Source: a virus
Taxonomy: Duplodnaviria > Caudoviricetes
DNA: 55,772 nt
Strand: one strand, 5' to 3'
Virus record (IMG/VR): IMGVR_UViG_3300031589_000003
Coordinates: 1 to 55,772 of that record
The notes beneath the pieces are model-generated. The model saw nothing but the letters and a program-made list of their open reading frames with translations, had not been told where the DNA came from and did no database searches. Of the stretch, positions 16,807-27,329 are shown piece by piece. Made by a program: the position numbers and the translations under genes. Numbering within the stretch: the stretch's first letter is position 1; every line of letters begins with the position of its first letter.

Positions 16807-17676
16807 ATGAGTACACAACTAACAGTAGCAAATGAATCAGGGCAATCCCTAGCAGAAATGATGGGCGTAGCTAATACAAATAGTCCATCTTCTAAGTCAA
16901 CCCTAGCACGGCTGACACAGGTACACCAAGCAGCTATGGGGCTGATGGAAGTAGCTGGTAAGAAAATCAAGACAGAGGTAATGCCTGTAGGTGTTTACAA
17001 GCTGACCTTGGATGAAGACACAGCCATCTATTCAGAGAACCCTAAGATCCGTATCTTCGCTATCCGCCAGCAGTGGACACAGTTTGACAGTGAGTTGAAC
17101 GCCATGAATAAGACAGTAATGGCTACTGATCTTAAGGGTGACTTCAAGGATACTAAGGGTGGCTTTAACTTAGGGCGTCCAGGTTACATCAAAGATTGGG
17201 ATGCAACATCAGAGACTACAAAGAACCTTATCCGTTCTATCAGCCGTACTATGGTTGTCTTTGGTCTTATTACTCTTGATGATGCTACAGATGCAGATGG
17301 TAAGAGTATCACGGGTGACTACGTTAATATGCCATTCGTTACAGACGTTAAGAACAAGCTTAGTGTCAAAGCATTGAATGGCTACATCTCTACTATAGCA
17401 CGTAAGAACAAGCTGCCTATCCAGTACAACGTAACTCTAGGTGCAGGTATACATGACTTACCCAATGGCAACCAGTATGCGTCCTACACGTTCAGCGCAC
17501 CTGATCTCGTAGATGTACAAGAGGGTGACAATGAAATCCTCAAGGACTTCTTGGAGTTTGTTGAAGTTACTAACACTGGCATCCTAGCTAAGTGGGATGA
17601 GAACAATCGTCAGGACGTAGATGATTATGAAAAGGAGATCATTGCTTCTATTGTTGACGTAGAGGAGTTTGAGTAA
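16807..17676 (+). CDS. Putative ssDNA-binding/recombination protein
   Basis: Acidic C-terminal tail (DVEEFE); position after the polymerase. Confidence 0.55.
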   Translation: MSTQLTVANESGQSLAEMMGVANTNSPSSKSTLARLTQVHQAAMGLMEVAGKKIKTEVMPVGVYKLTLDEDTAIYSENPKIRIFAIRQQWTQFDSELNAMNKTVMATDLKGDFKDTKGGFNLGRPGYIKDWDATSETTKNLIRSISRTMVVFGLITLDDATDADGKSITGDYVNMPFVTDVKNKLSVKALNGYISTIARKNKLPIQYNVTLGAGIHDLPNGNQYASYTFSAPDLVDVQEGDNEILKDFLEFVEVTNTGILAKWDENNRQDVDDYEKEIIASIVDVEEFE

Positions 17677-18530
17677 TGGAGCATCCTGCAGAGCTATCCC
17701 TTCACAGCTACATGAACTCTGTTCTTGCTGGTAAAAAAGGAATGGATCAAAGCATAATTGATAAAGTTATGTCTGATGTTGGAGATGCTATGAATAAGCA
17801 ATTCAACGGAGGTCCACGGGATGCATTTAGGTTAAGGATGTCCAACATTGGGCGTCCTACTTGTCAGCTTTGGTTTGATAAGAATGAGCCTGAGTACAAG
17901 ACAGCATTCCCGCCACGCTTTTTAATGATGATGATGATTGGTGACATTGTAGAGGCTGTGTTCAAAGGCTTACTACGTGGTGCTGACGTTGACTTTGAGG
18001 ATAATGCAAAGGTTACGCTTGACTTAGATGGGCGTAAGATTAATGGCGAGTACGACATGAAGCTAGACGGTAAGGTAGATGACGTTAAGTCTACCTCTCC
18101 TTGGTCCTACGCTAACAAGTTTGCCAGTTTTGAAGCACTCAACTCTGGTGATGGGTTTGGTTACATTCCACAGCTTGTAGGCTATGCAGAAGCAGAAGGC
18201 GCTCCTGTAGGTGGCTGGTGGGCAATCAATAAAGGTACAGGTGACTTCAAGTATGTCTCTGCAGCTAACGTAGACAAAGAGAAAGTCTTAGATGAGATGA
18301 AGGCTACAGTAGCTTACATTGACGAAGACAAACCTTTCAAGCGTTGCTTTGAGGCAGAGCCTGAGACCTTCTATAAGAAGCCTACAGGCAACATAAAGCT
18401 TAGTAGAGCCTGTGGCTTCTGTGATTACAAACAACGTTGTTGGCCTCAGTTACAGACTCTTCCCTCTGTAATGTCTAAGGCTAAGGAGCCACCAATGGTA
18501 GACTACGTACACATTGAAGTTCCACAATAA
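17676..18530 (+). CDS. PD-(D/E)xK (Cas4/RecB-like) exonuclease
   Basis: RMSNIGRPTCQLW, GEYD...DDVKS, QLVGY, CGFCDYKQRC. Confidence 0.85.
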   Translation: MEHPAELSLHSYMNSVLAGKKGMDQSIIDKVMSDVGDAMNKQFNGGPRDAFRLRMSNIGRPTCQLWFDKNEPEYKTAFPPRFLMMMMIGDIVEAVFKGLLRGADVDFEDNAKVTLDLDGRKINGEYDMKLDGKVDDVKSTSPWSYANKFASFEALNSGDGFGYIPQLVGYAEAEGAPVGGWWAINKGTGDFKYVSAANVDKEKVLDEMKATVAYIDEDKPFKRCFEAEPETFYKKPTGNIKLSRACGFCDYKQRCWPQLQTLPSVMSKAKEPPMVDYVHIEVPQ

Positions 18531-18945
18531 AGGAAGATACCGCAGCGGTTTAGAGAAAGACATTGCTGCGGTACTCAAAGATAACCAGAAGAAAGTTAGG
18601 TACGAGTCTCTAAAGATTGAGTGGGAAGACTTAAGATATAGAACCTATACCCCAGACTTTTTGCTAGACAATGGCATCATAATAGAATCGAAGGGTATCT
18701 TTGATAGTGATGACAGACGAAAACACCTAGAGATACAGAAGCAACACCCAGAGCTAGACATACGATTTGTGTTTAGCAATGCTAAGGCTAAGCTGTACAA
18801 GGGTGCTAAGTCTAGATACTTTGAGTGGTGTGACAAAAATAACATACTATGGTCTCATAGAGTTATTCCTAAAGAGTGGCTTAAAGAAAGGGGTAAGCCT
18901 ATACTAGCAGAAAGAATACCCCTTAAAGAAAAGAGGAGAAGTTAA
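18514..18945 (+). CDS. T7 gp3-like endonuclease I (Holliday junction resolvase)
   Basis: YRSGLE, YTPDF, IIIESKG.F, HPELDIRFVF, IPKEW. Confidence 0.93.
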   Translation: MKFHNKGRYRSGLEKDIAAVLKDNQKKVRYESLKIEWEDLRYRTYTPDFLLDNGIIIESKGIFDSDDRRKHLEIQKQHPELDIRFVFSNAKAKLYKGAKSRYFEWCDKNNILWSHRVIPKEWLKERGKPILAERIPLKEKRRS

Positions 18946-19319
18946 TGGGCGATAGACCTAAGACAGGCAACGATGCACTAATAATAGCTCCAGGTGAGGT
19001 TGCCTTAATTATCCAAGCTATTGATTGGGATGCAGCAGATGGCTGGGATGGTGAGATAAAAACTAACATGGTCATGAACTCAGATGGTGATGTACCTTTA
19101 GAAGTTATGGGACACATGGTAGAAGTATTAACTATGATGACAGCTTTTCTTTCTGTATCAGATGACCACCCTGAAATCTATGACATTGTAGAGATGAGAA
19201 GAAATGAGCTTTTGGGCCTTGACATAGTTGGTGGAGTACAAGATAACAAAGAGAGTGTAACTAAAGTGGGTAACGTCTACACAATAGACAAGTGGACTAA
19301 GACAAAAGGAGACTGCTAG
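18945..19319 (+). CDS. Hypothetical protein
   Basis: AGGAG RBS. Confidence 0.7.
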   Translation: MGDRPKTGNDALIIAPGEVALIIQAIDWDAADGWDGEIKTNMVMNSDGDVPLEVMGHMVEVLTMMTAFLSVSDDHPEIYDIVEMRRNELLGLDIVGGVQDNKESVTKVGNVYTIDKWTKTKGDC

Positions 19320-19320
19320 T

Positions 19321-19575
19321 ATGGATGACTTAGAAGAAGACAATAGCTATGACCCTGTAAACAGGCCAGCGCATTACAATCTTGGTGGTGGCGTAGAGTG
19401 CATAGACTACATCAAGCAGGTACTAGGCTTAGAAGGATTCATTGCGTATTGTCACGGTAACTTCATAAAGTATCAACACAGGTATCGTTACAAGCAGAAC
19501 CCACTAGAGGACATGCAGAAAGCACAGTGGTATCTAAACAAAATGTTAGAAGCAATGAAAGAGAAGCACAAATGA
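19321..19575 (+). CDS. DUF3310 protein (T7 gp1.7-like nucleotide kinase domain)
   Basis: VNRPAHY, ECIDYI, GNFIKY, EDMQKAQWYL. Confidence 0.85.
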   Translation: MDDLEEDNSYDPVNRPAHYNLGGGVECIDYIKQVLGLEGFIAYCHGNFIKYQHRYRYKQNPLEDMQKAQWYLNKMLEAMKEKHK

Positions 19576-20057
19576 TTAGTCAAGACGATATAGAAGCAAT
19601 GCAACCTCAGAAACCACATGAGCAAGTGGCTGAGTTTATTACAGCTTTTAGTGGATCTCTTGACCCTCGCTTGTGGGTTAAGCTGATTGATGAAGAATTA
19701 GAAGAGCTAATGGCTGAGAAGTATGGTACGGTAGAGCACTTGAAAGAACTTTGTGATCTGTTATATGTATCTACAGGCTTAGCGCTCACTGCTCCTGATC
19801 ATGTAGGTATGCTTATGCGTAAAGAGGAGCGTGAACAAGTTATTAAGCAGCAAGGAACGGTTAGTCGTATGCTAGACAGTGGCTTAGAACAGTATAGTGC
19901 TAATGTATTCATGGAAGCTTTTGCCCGTGTACATAATAGCAACATGTCTAAGCTAGACAGCAAAGGAAGTCCTATCTTACGTGAAGATGGCAAGGTTATG
20001 AAGGGGCCAAACTACAAGAAGCCTGACCTTAGAGATTTACTGGATAAGGCAGCATGA
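19572..20057 (+). CDS. MazG-like NTP pyrophosphohydrolase
   Basis: LIDEELEE, KELCDLLYV, VHNSNMSKL, REDGKVMKGPNY..PDL. Confidence 0.88.
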   Translation: MISQDDIEAMQPQKPHEQVAEFITAFSGSLDPRLWVKLIDEELEELMAEKYGTVEHLKELCDLLYVSTGLALTAPDHVGMLMRKEEREQVIKQQGTVSRMLDSGLEQYSANVFMEAFARVHNSNMSKLDSKGSPILREDGKVMKGPNYKKPDLRDLLDKAA

Positions 20058-20215
20058 AGTTTGATATTAGAATGACACTAGATGTAGATGAGCGGGATAA
20101 TATCCTGCCTATAGCAGAAGAGATGTACGAGGAAGTAGTTACTCAACTAATCCAAGACATGATATACGACATAGATGGCGCAGAGATAAAACATATAGAG
20201 GTTAAACAAAAATGA
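20054..20215 (+). CDS. Small acidic hypothetical protein (53 aa; not in ORF track)
   Basis: ATGA overlaps at both ends. Confidence 0.65.
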   Translation: MKFDIRMTLDVDERDNILPIAEEMYEEVVTQLIQDMIYDIDGAEIKHIEVKQK

Positions 20216-22107
20216 GTAATCAACTACCAACAGACTACCAATCATTTATTCACAAGTCACGGTATGCTAAGTACCATGAAGGCACAGGACGTGAGTCATG
20301 GGATGATACAGTAACACGTTATTCAGTAAATATCATCCGCGACTTAGTTGACCCTGAGACAAAGTATAAACTAGAACAAGCTATCTTGGGCCTAGAAGTA
20401 ATGCCTTCTATGCGTAGCTTAATGACAGCAGGTTCAGCAGCAGAGCGTGACAACACCTGTATGTATAACTGTAGCTTCTTACCCGTAGATGACCTTAAGT
20501 CCTTCGATGAGGCTATGTTCATTCTCCTCTGTGGCACTGGCGTGGGCTTTAGTGTAGAGAGGCAGTTCATCACTAAGCTTCCAGAGGTGCCTCAACTCTT
20601 CCAGAGCGAGACTAACATCGTTGTCAGGGATAGTAAGGAGGGGTGGGCTAAGTCTTTGCGTCAATTGATTGCGCTCCTATATAGTGGTGAGATCCCAACG
20701 TGGGACGTATCTAAAGTACGTGCAGCTGGTGCACCGCTTAAAACGTTTGGTGGTAGGGCTAGTGGCCCAGCACCACTTGTAGACCTATTTAACTTTACTA
20801 TCAACACATTTAAGAAAGCAGAAGGGCGTAAGCTTTCATCTGTTGAGTGTCACGACATCATGTGTAAGATTGGTGAAGTAGTCGTGGTAGGTGGTGTACG
20901 GCGTAGTGCTATGATTTCATTGAGTAATCTATCAGATGATCGTATGCGTACAGCTAAGTCAGGCTCATGGTGGGAGAACAATCCACAACGTGCCTTGGCT
21001 AACAACTCTGTATCCTACACTGAGAAGCCTGACAGCCTGTCGTTTATGCGTGAGTGGATGTCTCTGGTTGAGTCTGGCTCAGGTGAGCGTGGCATCTTCA
21101 ACCGTGAAGCATCTAAGAAGCAAGCAGCTAAGAATGGTAGACGTGATCCTAACTATGACTTTGGAACTAATCCATGTTCGGAAATAATTTTACGCCCATA
21201 TCAGTTTTGTAATTTAACAGAGGTAGTAGTACGAGCTACAGATACTTTAGATACTCTATCAGAGAAAGTACGTCTTGCTACCATCTTAGGTACAATTCAG
21301 GCTACCTTCACTAAGATGCCTTACTTGCGTAAGCTTTGGCAGACAAACACTGAAGCTGAACGTCTGTTAGGTGTGTCACTCACAGGTATTATGGATAACC
21401 CCCTAATGACACTAAAGAACAGAGGATTGGATAAAACACTTGAGCATCTTAAGTCTGTCGCTGTTACTACTAATGCTGAGTGGGCTGAGCGCCTTGGCAT
21501 CCCTGTGTCTGCTGCTATCAGCTGTGTTAAACCTTCGGGTACGGTATCACAACTGGTTGATTCCAGTAGCGGTATTCACGCTAGGCACTCACCCTATTAT
21601 ATTCGTACTGTACGCGGTGACAACAAAGATCCTCTAACACAGTTCATGAAGGATCAAGGCGTCCCTAATGCACCAGAGGTATTCAAGCCTGACCAGACTA
21701 CAGTGTTTAGCTTTCCTATGAAAGCCCCTGCTGGTGCAGTATGTACTGCTGACATGTCTGCTATTGAGCAGCTTGAAATGTGGTTAGCCTACCAGCGTAA
21801 CTGGTGTGAACACAAACCATCTGTCACTATTAACGTGAAGAATGATGAGTGGTTTGAAGTAGGTGCTTTTGTGTACAAGTACTTTGATGAGATGTCAGGC
21901 GTATCATTCCTGCCATTCAATGATCATACGTACCAACAAGCCCCTTACCAAGACTGCGGCAAGAGTGACTATACAATGCTTAAATCATTAATGCCAAAGT
22001 CTATTGACTGGACTAAGCTTTCAGAGTATGAAAGTGAAGACAACACTGCAGGTAGCCAGACATTAGCGTGTTCAGGTGACTCCTGTGAAATCGTAGACCT
22101 AGTATAA
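20212..22107 (+). CDS. nrdJ: Class II adenosylcobalamin-dependent ribonucleotide reductase
   Basis: PSMR, YNC, GGVRRSA, GTNPCSEI, VKPSGT, C-terminal CSGDSC; no beta-subunit gene. Confidence 0.93.
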   Translation: MSNQLPTDYQSFIHKSRYAKYHEGTGRESWDDTVTRYSVNIIRDLVDPETKYKLEQAILGLEVMPSMRSLMTAGSAAERDNTCMYNCSFLPVDDLKSFDEAMFILLCGTGVGFSVERQFITKLPEVPQLFQSETNIVVRDSKEGWAKSLRQLIALLYSGEIPTWDVSKVRAAGAPLKTFGGRASGPAPLVDLFNFTINTFKKAEGRKLSSVECHDIMCKIGEVVVVGGVRRSAMISLSNLSDDRMRTAKSGSWWENNPQRALANNSVSYTEKPDSLSFMREWMSLVESGSGERGIFNREASKKQAAKNGRRDPNYDFGTNPCSEIILRPYQFCNLTEVVVRATDTLDTLSEKVRLATILGTIQATFTKMPYLRKLWQTNTEAERLLGVSLTGIMDNPLMTLKNRGLDKTLEHLKSVAVTTNAEWAERLGIPVSAAISCVKPSGTVSQLVDSSSGIHARHSPYYIRTVRGDNKDPLTQFMKDQGVPNAPEVFKPDQTTVFSFPMKAPAGAVCTADMSAIEQLEMWLAYQRNWCEHKPSVTINVKNDEWFEVGAFVYKYFDEMSGVSFLPFNDHTYQQAPYQDCGKSDYTMLKSLMPKSIDWTKLSEYESEDNTAGSQTLACSGDSCEIVDLV

Positions 22108-22125
22108 ACATAAAGGAAGTAAAAC

Positions 22126-22317
22126 ATGTTAGAATCATTAGCCATGGTCCTCTTTACAGCCATCCTAACTATGGGTGTAACAGAGGAGGTTGTAATACCT
22201 ACAGCCAATAAAGTAGTTGAAGTAGCTACACCTGTAGTAGAACAAGCAATTGAAGTAGCTACACCTGTAGTAGAACAAGCAATAGAGTATGTTCTGCCTT
22301 CAACACCAGAAGAGTAA
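22126..22317 (+). CDS. Small membrane-anchored protein with an 11-aa tandem repeat
   Basis: EVATPVVEQAI twice (33-bp unit); AAGGA RBS. Confidence 0.6.
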   Translation: MLESLAMVLFTAILTMGVTEEVVIPTANKVVEVATPVVEQAIEVATPVVEQAIEYVLPSTPEE

Positions 22318-22369
22318 TACTAACACCTAAGCAAGTGGCTAAACTGCTTACCTAACTCTAGGAGACAAG

Positions 22370-22606
22370 ATGTATACTATCATAACTCGTGAGCAATGCA
22401 ACTTCTGTGATGCTGCCAAGGCTATCTTAAAGGGTAAAAGCTTTCCCTACACAGAATATAACGTACATTCGCCTAGCTCTAAGTGGGTACTAACCTTACT
22501 TAAGAGGACTAGCATGACTACAGTACCACAGATATTTGGACCTAAAGGTGAATTGATTGGAGGATATACAGAACTAAAGGAGTTACTAAAAGGAGATGAT
22601 CGTTGA
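22370..22606 (+). CDS. Glutaredoxin
   Basis: CNFC, TVPQIF, IGGY. Confidence 0.9.
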   Translation: MYTIITREQCNFCDAAKAILKGKSFPYTEYNVHSPSSKWVLTLLKRTSMTTVPQIFGPKGELIGGYTELKELLKGDDR

Positions 22607-23196
22607 TAAAAAACTGTTTAATGTGTGATGTCGTTCTAGAGGCAGGTACAAACTGGTACACCCCTATGATGAAAAAGAAACATTATAGATGTATACCATG
22701 CCACAGTAAGATGGGGCTAGTTACCAACCCTAAAAGAATGTATGTGAATGGTAAGTATATAAAGGCAACACACCCATTATATAAACCAGGAAGGTACAAG
22801 ACGTTTAATGACGCAGCCTTTGCTGGTACTTATAAGTTAGACTCTATCAAAGAGGGTTACGTCTACGTCATAACTAATAAAGCATGGCCTGAGTGGGTTA
22901 AGATAGGTATGGCTATTGATGCAGAGGACAGGCTAAACGGTTATCAAACAAGTAGCCCTATGCGTGACTTTATATTAGAGCATTCTGTTGCATCTAATGA
23001 TAGGCGTAAGTCAGAGAAAGAGGCACACACAAGGGCCTTACCTTTGTCGCTTGACTCCAAGGGAGAGTGGTTTAAACTGTCGGTAGAACAGGCAATAACA
23101 ATACTGGATAACTTAAATGAATACGGATACACTAGAGCCACCAAAGAAGCCAACCCGATCCCGAAGGAAGACAACTTACAAGGGAGCCTCTTCTAA
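22603..23196 (+). CDS. GIY-YIG-like (T5orf172/MUG113) domain protein with N-terminal Zn ribbon
   Basis: GYVYVI...WVKIG...RL..YQT..P...E..AH...GEWF. Confidence 0.8.
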   Translation: MIKNCLMCDVVLEAGTNWYTPMMKKKHYRCIPCHSKMGLVTNPKRMYVNGKYIKATHPLYKPGRYKTFNDAAFAGTYKLDSIKEGYVYVITNKAWPEWVKIGMAIDAEDRLNGYQTSSPMRDFILEHSVASNDRRKSEKEAHTRALPLSLDSKGEWFKLSVEQAITILDNLNEYGYTRATKEANPIPKEDNLQGSLF

Positions 23197-23833
23197 GCCT
23201 ACCTCTGGCATTGTACCTAAGACAGATAACCAAGCCAAGCTAATTAATGCCATAGCCAGTAGCAAACAGGTGTTGATCCTTGGCCCTGCTGGCACTGGTA
23301 AGACCTACGTTACAGCCACATGTGCTGCAGACTTGTACATCCTAAAAGAGATAGACAAGATTGTTATCACTAGGCCCCATGTAGCTGTAGGTAAAGACAT
23401 TGGGTTCCTGCCAGGTACACTTGAAGAGAAAGCCCAGCCTTGGGCGTTACCTGTGTTAGACGTACTGGTGAAACATCTAGGGCGTGGTGCTGTAGATACG
23501 GGACTGAAGGCGGGTAACATCGAAGTAGCAACACTGGCGCTCATGCGTGGGCGTAGCTTTGATGATGCATTCATTATAGTAGATGAAGCACAGAACATTG
23601 ATATACCAGAGATCAAGATGCTACTCACCCGTGTTGGTGAAGGTAGTACTATTGTACTCAACGGTGATATACAGCAGTCTGACTTAAAGGGTACGTCTGG
23701 TTTAGCTAAGATCATTCATCTCTCTAAGAAGTACATGTTAGATGCACCAGTAGTTGAGTTTGGTATTGATGACATTGTGCGTAGTGGCATATGTGCTGAG
23801 TGGGTCAAGGTGTTTATGAAAGAAGGTCTATAA
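23117..23833 (+). CDS. phoH: PhoH family ATPase
   Basis: GPAGTGKT, GFLPG, MRGRSF, DEAQN, GDIQQSD, DIVRS. Confidence 0.95.
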   Translation: MNTDTLEPPKKPTRSRRKTTYKGASSKPTSGIVPKTDNQAKLINAIASSKQVLILGPAGTGKTYVTATCAADLYILKEIDKIVITRPHVAVGKDIGFLPGTLEEKAQPWALPVLDVLVKHLGRGAVDTGLKAGNIEVATLALMRGRSFDDAFIIVDEAQNIDIPEIKMLLTRVGEGSTIVLNGDIQQSDLKGTSGLAKIIHLSKKYMLDAPVVEFGIDDIVRSGICAEWVKVFMKEGL

Positions 23834-23870
23834 AAACAAAAAGGGGCTGCTTAGTGCGGCCCCTCTTGTC
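23832..23870. terminator. Intrinsic terminator between the convergent arms
   Basis: AGGGGCTGC/GCGGCCCCT stem; A-tract on the left (U-tract for the - strand), weaker pyrimidine tract on the right. Confidence 0.8.
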
Positions 23871-26800
23871 TTACTGCTTAAGATAGTCTTCTAGAGTATC
23901 AACGTAGTCCATAAAGAACTTCAACTCCTTGTATGTCATCTCTGAAACAGCCCCCTCAAAGTTGTACCTAGTTTTCATGGCACGTAGAGCCTTAGTTCTT
24001 AGCTGCTTACTACCTACCATGTTAGCTTTTCTACGCATAGCTAGTAGCTGTGTTTTTCCTGGGGCATACTCATTAGTATACTCACGTATTTCAGACTTAG
24101 CTTCAGTTAGAGTCTTGCGTAACATATCCTTACGCTGATCAGAATCCCCCTCAATGAACCGCCTGTCACGCAACAGCTTATCTGTAGACCTCTCTAACAC
24201 AGGAGCTAGGTAAGAGTTAAACACCTTGTCGTACTCTGCCATTTGGCTACGCTCACTAGCAGTCCACTCAGCCATGTTAGCCATAGAGTAGGCTTTCTCA
24301 GTAGAGTTTCTTCCTCTCTTAACAGTGATACCAAAGATACGAGCCAGTGGGTTAGCATCATATATCTCACCCTTACGTGAGGCTACATTGAGTTGCTCCC
24401 CTGTAAGTGTGTCTACCTCACCAATGAAGGCTTCAATGATATTGTCAAAGTACTTCGTAGAGCTTTGAGTAAACACTGCACCAGCAGTCTTAGCCTGACG
24501 TGCATCCTTTGCTGTGTCTGTCTCTGTGATGAAACCAGTAAGCTTATTAACGGCATCAAGAGGGCGTGTGAAACCTGCAGCGAAGTTACCGCCTGCCTTG
24601 GCTAGACCACTAAGAGCTAATTTACGTCCACCTTCTTCTTGATTAAGAATAGTATCAACGATGTTAGTTAGGTCATTACCAAACTGTGCATCACTAGCAA
24701 GCTGACCAACAGCAAGTTGAGATGTAAGCTCTGTGATAAGCTCTTTATTTACAGTCTCACCCTTACGCATAAGATTACCTACACGTCCTGCTACAAGCCA
24801 CAGAGAGAAGGGAAAGGTGTTCTTAGCATCTATAATAGTGCCACCACCTATATCCATATCGTATACGCCTAAGTTCTTATCTTGACGTTCCTCATCAAAC
24901 TGCATAGCCATAACAAAAGCAGTAGTACCTACTGTGGCACGTGAGAAAGCTTCTATGTCACTAATCTTTGTACCCGTCTGCTTAAGCTGAGAACTAGCAA
25001 TCCTAGTTGCAGACTCCACCATTGCGAGAGGGGAGTGTTGGTACGTTGTAGCAATTACGTTATTAAAGAAACGCCCAAAGGGTAGAATAGTACCGATCAA
25101 AGGCATGTTAGAAATGCTTTCAACACCCTTAGCCATTTGACCTAGAAGTTGATCTTGACCTGTATAGTTTTTAGAGTATACAGACTTAAGTGTTGTATCT
25201 AAAGCAAGACTAAGCACACCATCGTCAATGTCATTCAGTGTACCATCAGCTAATACATCCTGCAGGCTTTTATTTTTATTTATGCGTAGGTGCTTATCTA
25301 GTTCAGTCATAAACATTTGAGACTTAGTAAAGGTGTCTTGTATCTTAACACCCGTCAAACGGTTCATAGCCTCTGTGACTTTTTCAGTACGCTTAAACCA
25401 CTTAGCATCTTCATCAATACCAAAGCGCTTAGAGCTACGCTCAACACCACCAGAGAAACTTTCAAACAAGGTCTTAGATACATCTTTGTGCTGCTCTAAG
25501 AAACTCATATATGCATCATGAGTAGTGAAGGGGTCCATCAGGTTCTTCATCCGCTGGCCTTGCATAGTTTTATATACACCAGCTATACGGCGAAGTTCTT
25601 TACCCTTAGCTGAGTTACCATGAAACAATGATGCAGTCATCAAGCTAGTAGAGCTAAACACATCCGAAAGAGCCTGTCCTGCAGCATACTGACCAAAGCC
25701 CATAACGTTGACAGCTGTAGTAGCAGGTGAAGATACAAGTAACCTACGCCATACAGACTGACCATACTGGCCTAGCTTAGCACGTCCTGCTTTAGCTTCC
25801 TCTTCTGCTATATCTTTCTTGATGTCAGTACGGCCCGTGATGCTATCAATCATAGCCGTGCCATGAGCAAGGCCACCATCAATAGTCTTACGTGTTTGTG
25901 ACATGATGTTAAGCATCTGTGCAGAACTACGAATATCTTTAGCTAACAAGTCACCTAGAGTTATCTTAGCAGTGCCGTAGTCACCTAGACTAACACCAAT
26001 AGAGCCTTGCAGCTTAGTGTTAATAGTAGCTAGTTCATCTTCAGGTATCTGACGTACAAGGTTAGTCATAACATCAGACACAGTAGCGTTACGGCCCAGC
26101 TGCATCTTGTTATCTTTGAATATCTTAGCTAGGCCACCCTTACCATTTTCGCCTAACATAATGTCGTGTACTAATTGTACGGGTGTTACTTCTGGGTCAT
26201 AAGAAGCAGAGCCTCGTTTCCACTTAGTCTCCCACGAATCAAAAGCTTTATTGATAGTCTCTACACTACGTTTAATTTCTTTAGGAGGTAATGCTGCAGC
26301 TATCTCAGCATCAATCTCTTGACGCATAGCGCCACGCTCTAGCTGCCCTGCTGTGTCACCTAAGCCACTCTTGCCTTTACCTGCACGTCCAAGTAGCTGA
26401 GCACCTGCACCCACTGCCCCTAAGCCGAAGCTGAAGGTGGTCTGTAGGCTGCTGTACTCTTCTTGTGAACCAACATCTAGCATGACGTTCTGTATCTGGT
26501 AGTCGTTAAGCATAGCAAACGTGCCATCTAAAGCAGCCGTACCATACAAACTATAGCGCTGGGCTTTCTTCTCAACAACCTCTAGTACTGTGCGTTCTGC
26601 ACCTTCACGAGCACCCGCTAGGAATATCTCTTTCTCTTTAGTTGCTACGTTCTTAATAACACGATCAGCTGTAGGGCCTTTAACGCCCTTCTCAACAAGG
26701 CGAGTAGTAGCACGAGATACAGCTGTATCAACTGCTTTCTTTTGTGCAGCAGTGTCTAAGCCTTCACGTACTGCACGTTCACCAGCCTCTTTAGCTACCT

Positions 26801-27326
26801 GCTTGATGAATGCCTTACCACCTTGAGTAGCACCATATGCTGCAGCCTTACCTAGTCCACCTGTCATAAGACCAAGGTAGTTCGTTGGATCAGAAGCAGC
26901 AGCAAGGATATAATCCTTTACGCCATCTACTGCACCAAAGAAGCCATCATTAACAAACACGTTACCTAAGTCATCATACAGATCGTATGCATCTTTAGCT
27001 AAAGCTTTTTGCTTGTCATCTGCCTTAGAGATAAAGCGTACCTCACCACCTGTAGATACGATATTAGTATTAAAGAAACGCATGTGATCCACAAAGTCTT
27101 CAACTACAGCGTCACCTTCTTTGTCTTTGTAGTCTACGCCTTTACGTGCAATCATATAGCTGCGAATCTTATTGAGGTTCTCATACTCTAGAAGATCGTC
27201 CTTCTTTAGTTTACCTCCACCTACTACATCCTCATCTTCTATACTAGCTTCTTCTACCTCTGCAGTTTTCTGTTCTGCTTCAGTAGGCCCAGTGTCTAAC
27301 GTGTATTTAAAATTATATTCTGACAT
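23871..27326 (-). CDS. Large internal virion (ejected) protein
   Basis: 1151 aa, helical, last gene of the structural arm; LPFGRF motif. Confidence 0.7.
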   Translation of the reverse strand: MSEYNFKYTLDTGPTEAEQKTAEVEEASIEDEDVVGGGKLKKDDLLEYENLNKIRSYMIARKGVDYKDKEGDAVVEDFVDHMRFFNTNIVSTGGEVRFISKADDKQKALAKDAYDLYDDLGNVFVNDGFFGAVDGVKDYILAAASDPTNYLGLMTGGLGKAAAYGATQGGKAFIKQVAKEAGERAVREGLDTAAQKKAVDTAVSRATTRLVEKGVKGPTADRVIKNVATKEKEIFLAGAREGAERTVLEVVEKKAQRYSLYGTAALDGTFAMLNDYQIQNVMLDVGSQEEYSSLQTTFSFGLGAVGAGAQLLGRAGKGKSGLGDTAGQLERGAMRQEIDAEIAAALPPKEIKRSVETINKAFDSWETKWKRGSASYDPEVTPVQLVHDIMLGENGKGGLAKIFKDNKMQLGRNATVSDVMTNLVRQIPEDELATINTKLQGSIGVSLGDYGTAKITLGDLLAKDIRSSAQMLNIMSQTRKTIDGGLAHGTAMIDSITGRTDIKKDIAEEEAKAGRAKLGQYGQSVWRRLLVSSPATTAVNVMGFGQYAAGQALSDVFSSTSLMTASLFHGNSAKGKELRRIAGVYKTMQGQRMKNLMDPFTTHDAYMSFLEQHKDVSKTLFESFSGGVERSSKRFGIDEDAKWFKRTEKVTEAMNRLTGVKIQDTFTKSQMFMTELDKHLRINKNKSLQDVLADGTLNDIDDGVLSLALDTTLKSVYSKNYTGQDQLLGQMAKGVESISNMPLIGTILPFGRFFNNVIATTYQHSPLAMVESATRIASSQLKQTGTKISDIEAFSRATVGTTAFVMAMQFDEERQDKNLGVYDMDIGGGTIIDAKNTFPFSLWLVAGRVGNLMRKGETVNKELITELTSQLAVGQLASDAQFGNDLTNIVDTILNQEEGGRKLALSGLAKAGGNFAAGFTRPLDAVNKLTGFITETDTAKDARQAKTAGAVFTQSSTKYFDNIIEAFIGEVDTLTGEQLNVASRKGEIYDANPLARIFGITVKRGRNSTEKAYSMANMAEWTASERSQMAEYDKVFNSYLAPVLERSTDKLLRDRRFIEGDSDQRKDMLRKTLTEAKSEIREYTNEYAPGKTQLLAMRRKANMVGSKQLRTKALRAMKTRYNFEGAVSEMTYKELKFFMDYVDTLEDYLKQ

Positions 27327-27329
27327 GGT

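Noticed and set aside
17676-18530. Cas4 as evidence of a CRISPR system
   Set aside because: No repeat-spacer array or other cas genes; an ordinary phage exonuclease
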